The notes below the pieces were generated by a model, which searched no databases, was not told where the DNA came from, and saw only the letters and a list, made by a program, of their open reading frames with translations. A stretch of DNA of 64,000 nucleotides from Algoriphagus sp. (GTDB lineage: Bacteria > Bacteroidota > Bacteroidia > Cytophagales > Cyclobacteriaceae), in the NCBI GenBank assembly GCA_029945945.1, contig JAQSDM010000001.1:25705-89704 (forward strand), written 5' to 3'. A program made the position numbers and the translations under genes. Shown here in pieces: positions 9,424-19,894 of this stretch (position 1 is the stretch's first letter; the number at the start of each line of letters is the position of its first letter).

Positions 9424-9873
9424 CTAATTTTTCCTAACCATCTCGATATGTTCGATCCCGTCCTCGTCGTACGTATCTCCATCAGCGACAAAACCCAAAG
9501 AAGCATAAAAACCCAGCGCGTAGGTTTGCGCTCCGATCCGAATATCCCCTGCTCCATAAAGTTGCTGACAATAGTCAATGGATAATTCCATCAGGATTTT
9601 CCCAAACCCTTTTCTTCTTGCCGAAGGCGAAGTAATCACTCGCCCAATGGACATTTCGGGATAGGATAAACCTGCGGGAACTAGCCTGCTGTAGCCTACC
9701 AGTTGATCATATGAGTAGAGCATGAGATGGTAGCACTTTTGATCCTTATCGTCCTGATCCAGGAAGACACAGTTTTGCTCCACGACAAACACCTCACTCC
9801 TCAATTTCAACACCTCATACAACTCATATACAGTAAGTTGGTCGAAAGCCTTGATCGTATGTGTCAGATTCAT
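9424..9873 (-). CDS. GNAT family N-acetyltransferase (ElaA-like)
   Basis: 149 aa. It shows the ElaA-type N-terminus (FDQLTVYELYEVLKLRSEVFVVEQNC) and the acetyl-CoA loop ARRKGFGKILM. Confidence 0.8.
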   Translation of the reverse strand: MNLTHTIKAFDQLTVYELYEVLKLRSEVFVVEQNCVFLDQDDKDQKCYHLMLYSYDQLVGYSRLVPAGLSYPEMSIGRVITSPSARRKGFGKILMELSIDYCQQLYGAGDIRIGAQTYALGFYASLGFVADGDTYDEDGIEHIEMVRKN

Positions 9874-10016
9874 GGGAATTGTATTAGAAGCAGGGTGGAT
9901 GGATTGCGCGATTGAGATTCAAATATGCCTGAGATTCCCTGGTTGTCCAAGTAGCCGATCTGATTTTTACAAGACCGGAAGTCTTCTTACAGGTACAATT
10001 GTCGGGACAGGCCCAA

Positions 10017-10050
10017 AGCAAAAATGATCCGATGTGACGGATCATTTTTT
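10017..10050 (-). terminator. intrinsic terminator after the desaturase gene
   Basis: An 11-bp stem aaaatgatccg / cggatcatttt with a 6-nt loop, flanked by A and T runs. Confidence 0.5.
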
Positions 10051-10115
10051 ACACATTTTTGAAAAGTTGGACAGCTTCACCGTCTAAATTCTCCTGTTCT
10101 AACAAACAAAATCCC

Positions 10116-11195
10116 TTAGGCTTGACCTAACTGGCGAAGCATTTTCACATGATCAGAAAGTGCCTTCATAAATGTTGTTTTTACCAAATAGGGAACTTCA
10201 AATTCCTGAGCCGTCTCCGACACGATCCTTGATAAGTTTTTGTAATGAATATGACAGATGTTTGGAAATAAATGATGCTCTACCTGAAAATTCAACCCTC
10301 CGATAAGCCAGGAAAATACACTGCTTTTTGGTGAATAATTACTGGTGGTGGCCAACTGATGGGCTATCCATTCATTTGAAATCACGCCTTTATCATCAGG
10401 CAGTGGAAAGGTAGTGTCTGAAAGGATATGTGCCGTCTGGAAGACCAAACTGATGCAGATTCCTGTCACAAAATGCATGGACAAAAATGCCAATATGATA
10501 ATATAGGCAGGTAGTGGTACCATTATCAACGGCAACACCAAGGCATAGGAATAATAGAAGACTTTCCAGCTGGCAATTTTCAACAGTTCTATTCTAAAAT
10601 CGCTGCCACTTTTATACAATCCCATGTTGTTGTACCGATTGGCTCTCACAAAATCCTTGGAAGTGATCCAGGAAATAGTCGAAAGTCCATAAAAAAACCA
10701 GATGTAGAGGTATTGAAAACGATGGATCCAATAGCGCTTGGCATTTGGAGAAAAGCGCAGGAAAAAGGGTGCATTGATATCATCATCCCCATGATCAATA
10801 TTGGTATAGGTATGGTGAAGCACGTTGTGTTGGATTCTCCATACACCGGCATTGGCACCAATAAGATTCATGGTGTAACCCAAGTATTTGTTGACGACCG
10901 GATTTTTGGAATAGGATCCGTGTATCGCATCATGCATCACTCCCATTCCGACGCCTGCCATGCCCAAGCCACTGAGGATATACAGCATAAATAGCAGCCA
11001 AACACTTGTGACAATTCCCGAGCTGATTGTAATCAACGGAATTAAGAAAATGGAAAGCATAACAATGGTTTTAACTACCATCTTTCGGCCACCATGCCTG
11101 CTTTGATTGGTCTTTTTAAAGTAATCATTGACCCTGGAATGCAGGGTATTGGAAAATTCAGAAGCACCTGACTTATCGAATTTTATACTTTTCAT
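10116..11195 (-). CDS. membrane fatty-acid desaturase (acyl-lipid/acyl-CoA type)
   Basis: 359 aa with several TM segments and three His boxes: HDAIHGS, HNVLHH and QVEHHLFP. Confidence 0.85.
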   Translation of the reverse strand: MKSIKFDKSGASEFSNTLHSRVNDYFKKTNQSRHGGRKMVVKTIVMLSIFLIPLITISSGIVTSVWLLFMLYILSGLGMAGVGMGVMHDAIHGSYSKNPVVNKYLGYTMNLIGANAGVWRIQHNVLHHTYTNIDHGDDDINAPFFLRFSPNAKRYWIHRFQYLYIWFFYGLSTISWITSKDFVRANRYNNMGLYKSGSDFRIELLKIASWKVFYYSYALVLPLIMVPLPAYIIILAFLSMHFVTGICISLVFQTAHILSDTTFPLPDDKGVISNEWIAHQLATTSNYSPKSSVFSWLIGGLNFQVEHHLFPNICHIHYKNLSRIVSETAQEFEVPYLVKTTFMKALSDHVKMLRQLGQA

Positions 11196-11269
11196 TTATG
11201 CATTGGTTAAAGCTCATGGAGTGCTATCCTCTTAAAGTATAGCGGGTTTCAAAGCAGTTTTCTATTCTT

Positions 11270-11455
11270 TCAATACGTTTGCAATTCGGCAAAAATCAAA
11301 TCCAATTCTGGTCGGGTCTTTTCCAGTTTGATAGAAAGGTTCTCCATCATCTTTTCTCTTTGACCTTCCTGGTATTCAAAATCCAAATCCAGTAAAATTG
11401 AGAATCGTCGTTTAAGCATCACTTTCTGCTCTCTCCAACTCCGTAGAATATCCAT
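11270..11455 (-). CDS. CsbD-like small stress protein
   Basis: 61 aa. The pattern W-EQK--LK--F--L-D-D--Y-EG----M--L---L-KT--EL matches the short CsbD-family proteins of Bacteroidota as I remember them. Confidence 0.5.
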   Translation of the reverse strand: MDILRSWREQKVMLKRRFSILLDLDFEYQEGQREKMMENLSIKLEKTRPELDLIFAELQTY

Positions 11456-11980
11456 GGTTTGTTTGTTAAGGGTGAATAGCTGTATTAGCCTTTTTGTTGG
11501 GTGAATCAGTTTTTACTCGGGTAATCAATCTTCTCTCTTTTGAATATCCCCGGCTCTGGCTTTTCCGGATAATCAGCAAACTTTTACCGGCAGATTTCAG
11601 GGTACTGTTTCCTGACTATCAACTGAAATTGGGGTCAACCTCAGACGAAATTGGTTCTTAAGCCATGAATCTGGAATATTCCGGGGTTCACAGGTTTTTT
11701 ACTTAACCGCTTACATCCAACTATTTTTGGGCATAAGGATGATTGCGATTGGATACTGTACAATGCCGAAAGATGATTGGGATGGATTGAAGCAATTCAG
11801 GTCCTGAAACGGATTCTGCAAATTGGTGATAAACGGACTTCTGATTCTCCTTTCTAAAGTTGGGTATAATTCAGCACATATGTGTTACATCATTCCATTG
11901 GATACTTACATAAATCCTATTTTAAGGTTTGAATTGGGGTATTTAACAACTAATAACATTTAGATTTTGGGTAATAGGTG

Positions 11981-12541
11981 CTATAAACTTTCCAAGGTTA
12001 GCTTTCTCTTATCCATCAGTTTTTTATAAAAAGAGGGTGTCAAACCGGTGATTTTTTTGAACTGATTGGACAGATGCGCCACACTGCTGTAGTGGAGCTT
12101 GCTGGAAATCTCTGTCAGGTTTAATTCATCATGACTCATTAGTTCTTTGACGCGTTCTATCTTATGATTAATGATAAACTGTTGGATGGTAATTCCTTTA
12201 ACCTCAGAAAAAATATTGGCGAGGTAGGCATAAACATAGCCCAATTTTCCACAGATAAATTCAGAGTAATTTACTGTTGGAAGCTCATCAGAATAATGGA
12301 CCATTTCGATAATGATATTTTTGATCTTCTCTATCAGGATACTTTTCTTATCCTCCATAAGTTCTAAACCGGAATTTTGGAGGTTTGTTTTGAGAACCAT
12401 CCTTTGCTCCAAACTTAAATCTCCCACTAGTTCAACCATCCCCAAATCCACGATCATCCATTGAATTCCGAGTTTTTGAAGTTCATCCTCGACCCTCATC
12501 TTACATCGCAAGCTTATCCTGTTTTTTATATAGAGCTTCAT
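11981..12541 (-). CDS. AraC family transcriptional regulator
   Basis: C-terminal AraC-type HTH (LTEISSKLHYSSVAHLSNQFKKITGLTPSFYKK). I prefer the internal ATG at 12541 (MKLYIKNRISLRC...) over the track start at 12616. Confidence 0.8.
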   Translation of the reverse strand: MKLYIKNRISLRCKMRVEDELQKLGIQWMIVDLGMVELVGDLSLEQRMVLKTNLQNSGLELMEDKKSILIEKIKNIIIEMVHYSDELPTVNYSEFICGKLGYVYAYLANIFSEVKGITIQQFIINHKIERVKELMSHDELNLTEISSKLHYSSVAHLSNQFKKITGLTPSFYKKLMDKRKLTLESL

Positions 12542-12934
12542 TGGGATGAATTTATTTAGCTTGAAAGCAAAAGAGTCTCGTGATTTGAAAACAGTTTTAC
12601 AAAAAAATAAATTCATACTATTTTGGTTTTCAGATTATTCCAATGACCGAATCAGTACTTTGAAGAAGTAATACAAATCTTGGATCCTGGTCCAGGCACT
12701 TGCCTCATCCAATTCTGTTCATTTGGTATTCCCGTTTTCAAGTGTGAAAATCCGGGTTTTGAAATCACTCTGTTTCTTCCGGATTCTCACGCTTCAATTC
12801 TCTCCTCCCGTAAGATTTGATCTTCTGAAAAGAGATGCGTTACTTCAGCTTTCAGGCTGTCCCGGAACTGGTCCTCTTCTCCTGGAAGAATCTGATATCT
12901 CCGAATTATCCCGATCAACTCAAGACCAGATCCC

Positions 12935-13813
12935 ATGAAACTTAACCTCCTTTTGATTGCGCTCTTTTTTGCAGTTTCGGAAGCTTTTGCAGAAATCAGA
13001 AAAGAACCTGATCAAAATCCTTTTACCCCAATTCCTGCCAACCCGGACTCTATGACTGCTAAAAAAAATGTATGGGTTTTTATTCTTGCCGGCCAATCCA
13101 ACATGGCCGGAAGAGGAATTGTAGAAGCAGAAGATACGATTCCAAATGAGCGTGTCTTGACTATCAACCAGGAAGGGGAAATAATTCCTGCCCGGGAGCC
13201 GCTGCACTGGTATGAACCTCTGCTTACAGGTTTGGACTGTGGGTTGTCGTTTGGAAAAACCCTGGCCCCTCACCTTCCTGACTCTGTTACCATTTTAATC
13301 CTTCCAACAGCAGTAGGCGGAAGCTCGATCTCTCAGTGGATCGGGGATTCAACGTACCGAAATATCACCTTGCTTTCAAATTTTAAAGAGAAAGTAGCCT
13401 TGGGAAAAGCAAATGGGACGATCAAGGGGATCCTTTGGCATCAGGGAGAAAGTGATACCGGTTCTGAGGAGTTGATTGAATTGTATCAGGAAAGGCTCAA
13501 AACCTTGTTTCTAAAATTCAGAACAGAAATCGGAAATGATTCGCTGCCTGTTTTGATCGGAGAACTCGGTTCCTTCTCTGCCAATGATACAAATTGGCAA
13601 GCCATCAACAGACAAATCAGGGCTTATGTGGCCACCGATCCCCACGCTGCCATCATTCAAACCAGTGACTTCACCCACAAAGGAGATTTTATACATTTCA
13701 ATTCAGAAGGACAGCGGACCATGGGCGAACGGTTTGCGCTTAAGTTTCTTGAAATAAGTCATTCCGAGGGTTCAAAGGGATTGGAGATTAGGGATTGGGA
13801 GAATAGAGATTAG
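12935..13813 (+). CDS. SGNH/DUF303 carbohydrate esterase (sialate O-acetylesterase-like)
   Basis: Signal peptide, then VFILAGQSNMAGRG and GILWHQGESD blocks. The last ~12 codons (GLEIRDWENRD) are encoded by the heptamer repeat tract. Confidence 0.8.
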   Translation: MKLNLLLIALFFAVSEAFAEIRKEPDQNPFTPIPANPDSMTAKKNVWVFILAGQSNMAGRGIVEAEDTIPNERVLTINQEGEIIPAREPLHWYEPLLTGLDCGLSFGKTLAPHLPDSVTILILPTAVGGSSISQWIGDSTYRNITLLSNFKEKVALGKANGTIKGILWHQGESDTGSEELIELYQERLKTLFLKFRTEIGNDSLPVLIGELGSFSANDTNWQAINRQIRAYVATDPHAAIIQTSDFTHKGDFIHFNSEGQRTMGERFALKFLEISHSEGSKGLEIRDWENRD

Positions 13814-13848
13814 GGATTAAGAGATTAGGGATTAGGAGATAGGAGAAT
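13777..13848 (+). repeat. degenerate heptamer tract (GGGATTR / GAGATTA / GAGAATA), about 10 units
   Basis: Reads gggattg gagatta gggattg ggagaat agagatt agggatt aagagat tagggat taggaga taggaga. It overlaps the last 37 nt of the esterase CDS. Confidence 0.8.
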
Positions 13849-13860
13849 CTATTTCAGTAT

Positions 13861-14186
13861 TTGAAAATAAAATCCCTCCATCCACACCCCCTGTTTTTGG
13901 CGACAGATTATGGATCGATTTACATGGTGACGGCCGAAAACCGGAATCATAATCCGCATTTTCATCCAGGGTTTGTCCCGATAGCTAACAGGACAACCCC
14001 TGGCTACCCAAAGGATGTTCTTAGCAGGACATTTACCGGCGGAATCATTCAGCTACCATAATTATTCTTGTGGAATGGCGGGCGGGCTGCCGCAGCAGCG
14101 AGGGTGGGCGGGGATTGTGCAGGGGAAGCTTTGCTGCGGCTTGAATTTTTGGTTCTTTTGGTTCAAGCCAAAAGAACATAAAAAAG
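13861..14186 (+). repeat. full composite A+B intergenic element (copy AB-2)
   Basis: Stems are gtttttggc (13893-13901) / gccgaaaac (13933-13941, with one G-U), a long hairpin at 13966-14003, gccgcagca (14089-14097) / tgctgcggc (14132-14140), and gttcttttgg-ttcaag-ccaaaagaac (14152-14177). Confidence 0.8.
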
Positions 14187-14246
14187 AAAAATCGATCTAT
14201 TAAGATCGTTCTGGAAATTCGACAGGAAGTAGAACCAATTCAATTT

Positions 14247-14395
14247 TTGAAGATAAAATCCCTCCATCCACACCCCCTGTTTTTGGCGAAAGATTATGGA
14301 TCGATTGACATGGTGACTGCCAATAACCGGAATCATAATCCGCATTTTCATCCAGGGGTTGTCCCGATTGCTAACGGGACCCCTGGCTATTACAA
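14247..14395 (+). repeat. module A only (copy A4), tandem to AB-2
   Basis: By eye it is roughly 90% identical to 13861-14005. Its stems are at 14279-14287 / 14319-14327 and its hairpin at 14352-14386. Confidence 0.8.
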
Positions 14396-14521
14396 AGCTC
14401 TTCTACTGAGCTTTACCTTACTTTATCTCTAAGTGAAACTCTGTGCCATCCTGCCCGGAGCAGGCAGGTCTATTTAAACTTTGTTTCATTTTTTTTAACC
14501 AATCCCCCATCCCTTTTTCTT

Positions 14522-16507
14522 CTATTTAGTCCACTCATTATCTGCTACATTTTTGTCCGGGAATCGACCGTGAGGATCAAGGGTTATCTTCTTGATTTTA
14601 CGGGAACCAAAGTTCAGCACCGCATCAAAAGTCCGATTCCCCTCAAACCAAACTGTAACAGGCCATGTAACTTCTACGGTCAAAGGATCTATCATTTTAG
14701 CATTTGACATTGGATTAATGGCCGGTCCTTCCGCTTCAAATTCCACTTTCAATACGACCGGAGAAGGCATTTCTCCAGCCTGCTTTACAGTGACAGTTGT
14801 ATGATCGTTTTCGGTTTTAACATCTTGAATAGAACCTTCGACAGATTCAGTAGTGAACAACCAATAATTCCAGAACCACTCCAGATTTTGTCCCAACTCA
14901 TTGTTCATAAAGAACATGTAATCCCATGGCGAAGGATGTTTGTAGGCCCAAGTGGTGGTGTACTTTTTCATCGCGTTGATCACCGCTTCATCCCCTACTA
15001 TTCCACCCAACATGGAGAGCATCAAGGGTGTCTTCTGGTAGGTTTGAAATCCATAGCCGCTCCCAGCATCGTTGGCACTCCACATCAAAGGTGCCTCATC
15101 TTCACTTCCGCTGATCCGACCGTAACTTTGTCCCAGTCCATCCAGGTTGTAAGGCTTGCCTGCAGCATCTGCATCAGACAGGATATTCATGTATTGATTG
15201 AATCCTTCATCCATCCAGCCGTATCGGGTTTCATTTGTTCCCAACACCATTGGCCACCATTGATGCGCTGTTTCATGATCGGCAGCTCCCTGATTGGAAT
15301 TGATGACCATTGGATACTCCATTCCGGCACTTGGACCGTCTTGCAGGGTAAGTTGGGGAAATGGATAAGGTGCCCAAAGTTTGGAATAATACTCCAAAGC
15401 ATGTCTTGTGATCTTGCCTGCGTTTTCAAAATACCTGGCTCGCTCAGGAAGGAAGACCATGTGAATGGGAACAGGTCCTTTGCCAGGAATAGTGGCACGA
15501 GTCGCTTTCCAGATAAAAGAGTCCGAGGTGGCCCAGGCAAAATCGTTTACTTTATCAGCTAAAAAGCGCCAGGTTAGCTTCTCTCCTGCTTCTGTTGCTT
15601 TGCCTGCCCCTAGTTCATCAGCTCCGACGATCGTCACTTCGGCATCAGAGTCTAAAACAGTGGAGAGGCGCTGAATAGCTGTTGGGGTTAAGACTTCCTT
15701 GGGATTTTGTAACGCGCCCGTTCCGCTTACGATCCAACCGGCTGGAACCGTGATCGAAACATCAAAACGACCGAAGTTATTGTAGAATTCGGATGGGCCG
15801 AGATAAGGACTGGTCTCCCAGCCTCTTAAGTCATCATACTTAGCCAATCGTGGGTACCATTGTGTAGGCTGGAATAGTCTGCTGTCAAAACGTTGGGTCA
15901 TTCGATGTCCTCTTCCGTTTTCGCCTCCCGGCAATTTGGTATTCCAGGATATTTCCAATTCCGCAGTTGTTCCTGCTTTGATGGGTTGAGCTAAAAAAAT
16001 GGTGGCAACTGTTCTGTTCAACCCAGTAGCACGAAGTGCTGCCGGAGCATTCCTTCCCATGAGAGGCGCGTTGAGATCAACTGTTTCACCAGCAACTTTG
16101 ATCCCTGTGACGATCATCCCATCGGTCTGCTCGGCAGGAGTAGATGCCCCTCGTGGGACATCCGCCCGGAAAATATTGTGATCCAGACGAAGGATGATTC
16201 GATCCAAATCATCCTTGGAATTGTTGTGAACAAGTATTTTTTCAGTTCCAGTGATAGTTTGAGTGGTTGGATCCAGGCTGGCATTGATGGTGTAATCGGT
16301 TTCCAATTGCCAGTAATTGGGTCCCGGCTTGCCTGAGAAATCACGGGTTCCCGCTTCATAAGCCCTACGGATGGAATTTGTCAATGGGATATCCTGCCGG
16401 ATTGCGCGCTCGTTCGTTTCGATAGATGAGCGTTGAGGTTTGGGAAAGTTATCCTGGCCAAAAGCGATCGAGGTGGTCAAGAGGAATAAAAAGAGTACAA
16501 TTCGCAT
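14522..16507 (-). CDS. M1 family metallopeptidase (aminopeptidase N-like)
   Basis: 661 aa with a signal peptide. It carries GMEYP, the zinc motif HETAHQWW and the downstream WMDEGFNQY (HExxH-x18-E). Confidence 0.9.
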   Translation of the reverse strand: MRIVLFLFLLTTSIAFGQDNFPKPQRSSIETNERAIRQDIPLTNSIRRAYEAGTRDFSGKPGPNYWQLETDYTINASLDPTTQTITGTEKILVHNNSKDDLDRIILRLDHNIFRADVPRGASTPAEQTDGMIVTGIKVAGETVDLNAPLMGRNAPAALRATGLNRTVATIFLAQPIKAGTTAELEISWNTKLPGGENGRGHRMTQRFDSRLFQPTQWYPRLAKYDDLRGWETSPYLGPSEFYNNFGRFDVSITVPAGWIVSGTGALQNPKEVLTPTAIQRLSTVLDSDAEVTIVGADELGAGKATEAGEKLTWRFLADKVNDFAWATSDSFIWKATRATIPGKGPVPIHMVFLPERARYFENAGKITRHALEYYSKLWAPYPFPQLTLQDGPSAGMEYPMVINSNQGAADHETAHQWWPMVLGTNETRYGWMDEGFNQYMNILSDADAAGKPYNLDGLGQSYGRISGSEDEAPLMWSANDAGSGYGFQTYQKTPLMLSMLGGIVGDEAVINAMKKYTTTWAYKHPSPWDYMFFMNNELGQNLEWFWNYWLFTTESVEGSIQDVKTENDHTTVTVKQAGEMPSPVVLKVEFEAEGPAINPMSNAKMIDPLTVEVTWPVTVWFEGNRTFDAVLNFGSRKIKKITLDPHGRFPDKNVADNEWTK

Positions 16508-16640
16508 AAGCTTCGATGGTTTTATAATCAGTTTTAAAACTTAGTAAAATATCCGATCATTAACATCAAGAATGGAGATGAATGGGAATTGTTTTTAATG
16601 GGCCGAGAAATCAGACGCAGGGGAAGATTTGCTATTTCTT

Positions 16641-16812
16641 GAATCATTGTAGTGGAACGGCGGGGGGCTGCAGCGAAAGCGCGAGGGCCTGGTGAGGTCG
16701 GAGCTTGGTTGCGGGTTGGACATGCCCGCAACCCGGCTCTTCACTAAAACAACCCACCAGGTTGTTTCTTGATGCTCAGCCCTCCTTTTGGTTCAAGCAA
16801 AAAGAAAAAAAG
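16641..16812 (+). repeat. module B, diverged copy (B3)
   Basis: It shares gaatcatt...gtggaacggcggggggctg...gcgaggg and ...ttttggttcaagcaaaaagaaaaaaag with B1 and B2. Its interior is replaced by a GC-rich hairpin, ggttgcggg (16707-16715) / cccgcaacc (16725-16733). Confidence 0.65.
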
Positions 16813-16845
16813 TCCCTTTTCCCAAAGGTATTTACCACAAATAAT

Positions 16846-16876
16846 CTCGGTGCCTTCTCGGTGCAACTCCGTGTCA
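16846..16876 (+). repeat. module C tail motif (with internal ctcggtgc duplication)
   Basis: Reads ctcggtgcc-tt-ctcggtgcaactccgtgtca and is followed by ttttttttaac, as at 14476-14490. Confidence 0.6.
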
Positions 16877-16904
16877 TTTTTTTTAACTCACCTTCAAAAC
16901 CCAT

Positions 16905-16934
16905 TAAAAAAGGTGGTCCGTTGCCAGACCACCT
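16905..16934 (-). terminator. intrinsic terminator of katG
   Basis: On the minus strand, aggtggtc-N8-gaccacct is followed by TTTTTT. Confidence 0.75.
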
Positions 16935-16963
16935 TAATACTTTTCTTAGATTTTACTTTGAAA

Positions 16964-19222
<2,259 letters not shown>

Positions 19223-19260
19223 TTATATTTTGGACTTAGTACTGCGAATTTACCAAAAGG

Positions 19261-19292
19261 ATTGTATATATGAATACAATTATCATTGATAA
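19261..19292. promoter_or_regulatory. two adjacent perfect palindromes upstream of katG (candidate operator)
   Basis: ATTGTAT-ATATGA-ATACAAT at 19261-19280 and TTATCA-T-TGATAA at 19280-19292. They lie 54-85 nt upstream of the katG ATG at 19207. Confidence 0.45.
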
Positions 19293-19445
19293 AAACTATG
19301 AGTCTTCCTGAAATTCGATTTGCCCAAACTACCGAATCGAGTGGATTTTAGAAAGAAAATTGGAGTCTTAAATAGCTGATATTTGGCATGAAAATTCAAG
19401 TTAAAACCTTCTTCAGGCTTTCAACCGATTAAAAAAACTTCAATC

Positions 19446-19826
19446 CTAAACAGAACAAGAAAAATCCTCGGTGCTCCAAACCACTATAGAGTTTTCAAGT
19501 ATCTCCGGGTCGATATCTCCTTTCCCCTCACCAATGGATCCGATTTGTTTGCCATCACAAGTATAAACCGGAGGAGGCAGAGTCGAACAGTTTGCACAGC
19601 AGTTTCGAACAACGAAAACAGTTTTGAGCCTGTACTTGGCTTGAGAAATATAAAAAACGTCTCTTGGACCAGAGTTATCTAATTCTTCAGCAATGTCTGC
19701 TAACCAATCCAAGTCCCTGACAGGGTTTTCAACATTACAGGCCGGACCGGGAACTACATCTTCCTGACAGGAAAAGCTCAAGGCCATTAAAAACACAAGT
19801 GGGAAAGCAATTCTTTTTACTGACAT
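19446..19826 (-). CDS. hypothetical Cys-rich lipoprotein
   Basis: 126 aa with a signal peptide and lipobox (ALSFSC) and seven further Cys residues, including CCANC. I recognise no family. Confidence 0.55.
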   Translation of the reverse strand: MSVKRIAFPLVFLMALSFSCQEDVVPGPACNVENPVRDLDWLADIAEELDNSGPRDVFYISQAKYRLKTVFVVRNCCANCSTLPPPVYTCDGKQIGSIGEGKGDIDPEILENSIVVWSTEDFSCSV

Positions 19827-19894
19827 ATTTTTAGAGTATAGTGAGGAAAGGAATTAGTTAGCTCGTACAATATTGCCTAATAATTGCATTAACG

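Noticed and set aside
12542-12616. N-terminal extensions offered by the ORF track for several genes: AraC 12616, murB 36594, DHS-like 49795, OmpH 50656, HDAC-like 51489, tricorn 57737, TetR 59260, M28 4965, acyltransferase 25300, receiver 39304 and small membrane protein 40532.
   Set aside because: The extensions lack family homology and often start at TTG. They would overlap upstream genes or terminators. Internal ATG or GTG starts give canonical N-termini or signal peptides.
13861-14432. Paralogous small ORFs inside the repeats: 13861-14061 and 14247-14432 (MKIKSLHPHPLFLA...), and 9166-9408 and 14015-14203 (...CGLNFWFFWFKPKE...).
   Set aside because: Both start at TTG. Most nucleotide differences between copies are non-synonymous or are indels. 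The frames are not preserved in the other copies (4104-, 9024-, 16641-). The conserved features are base-paired stems, so these are repeat-derived pseudo-ORFs, not genes.
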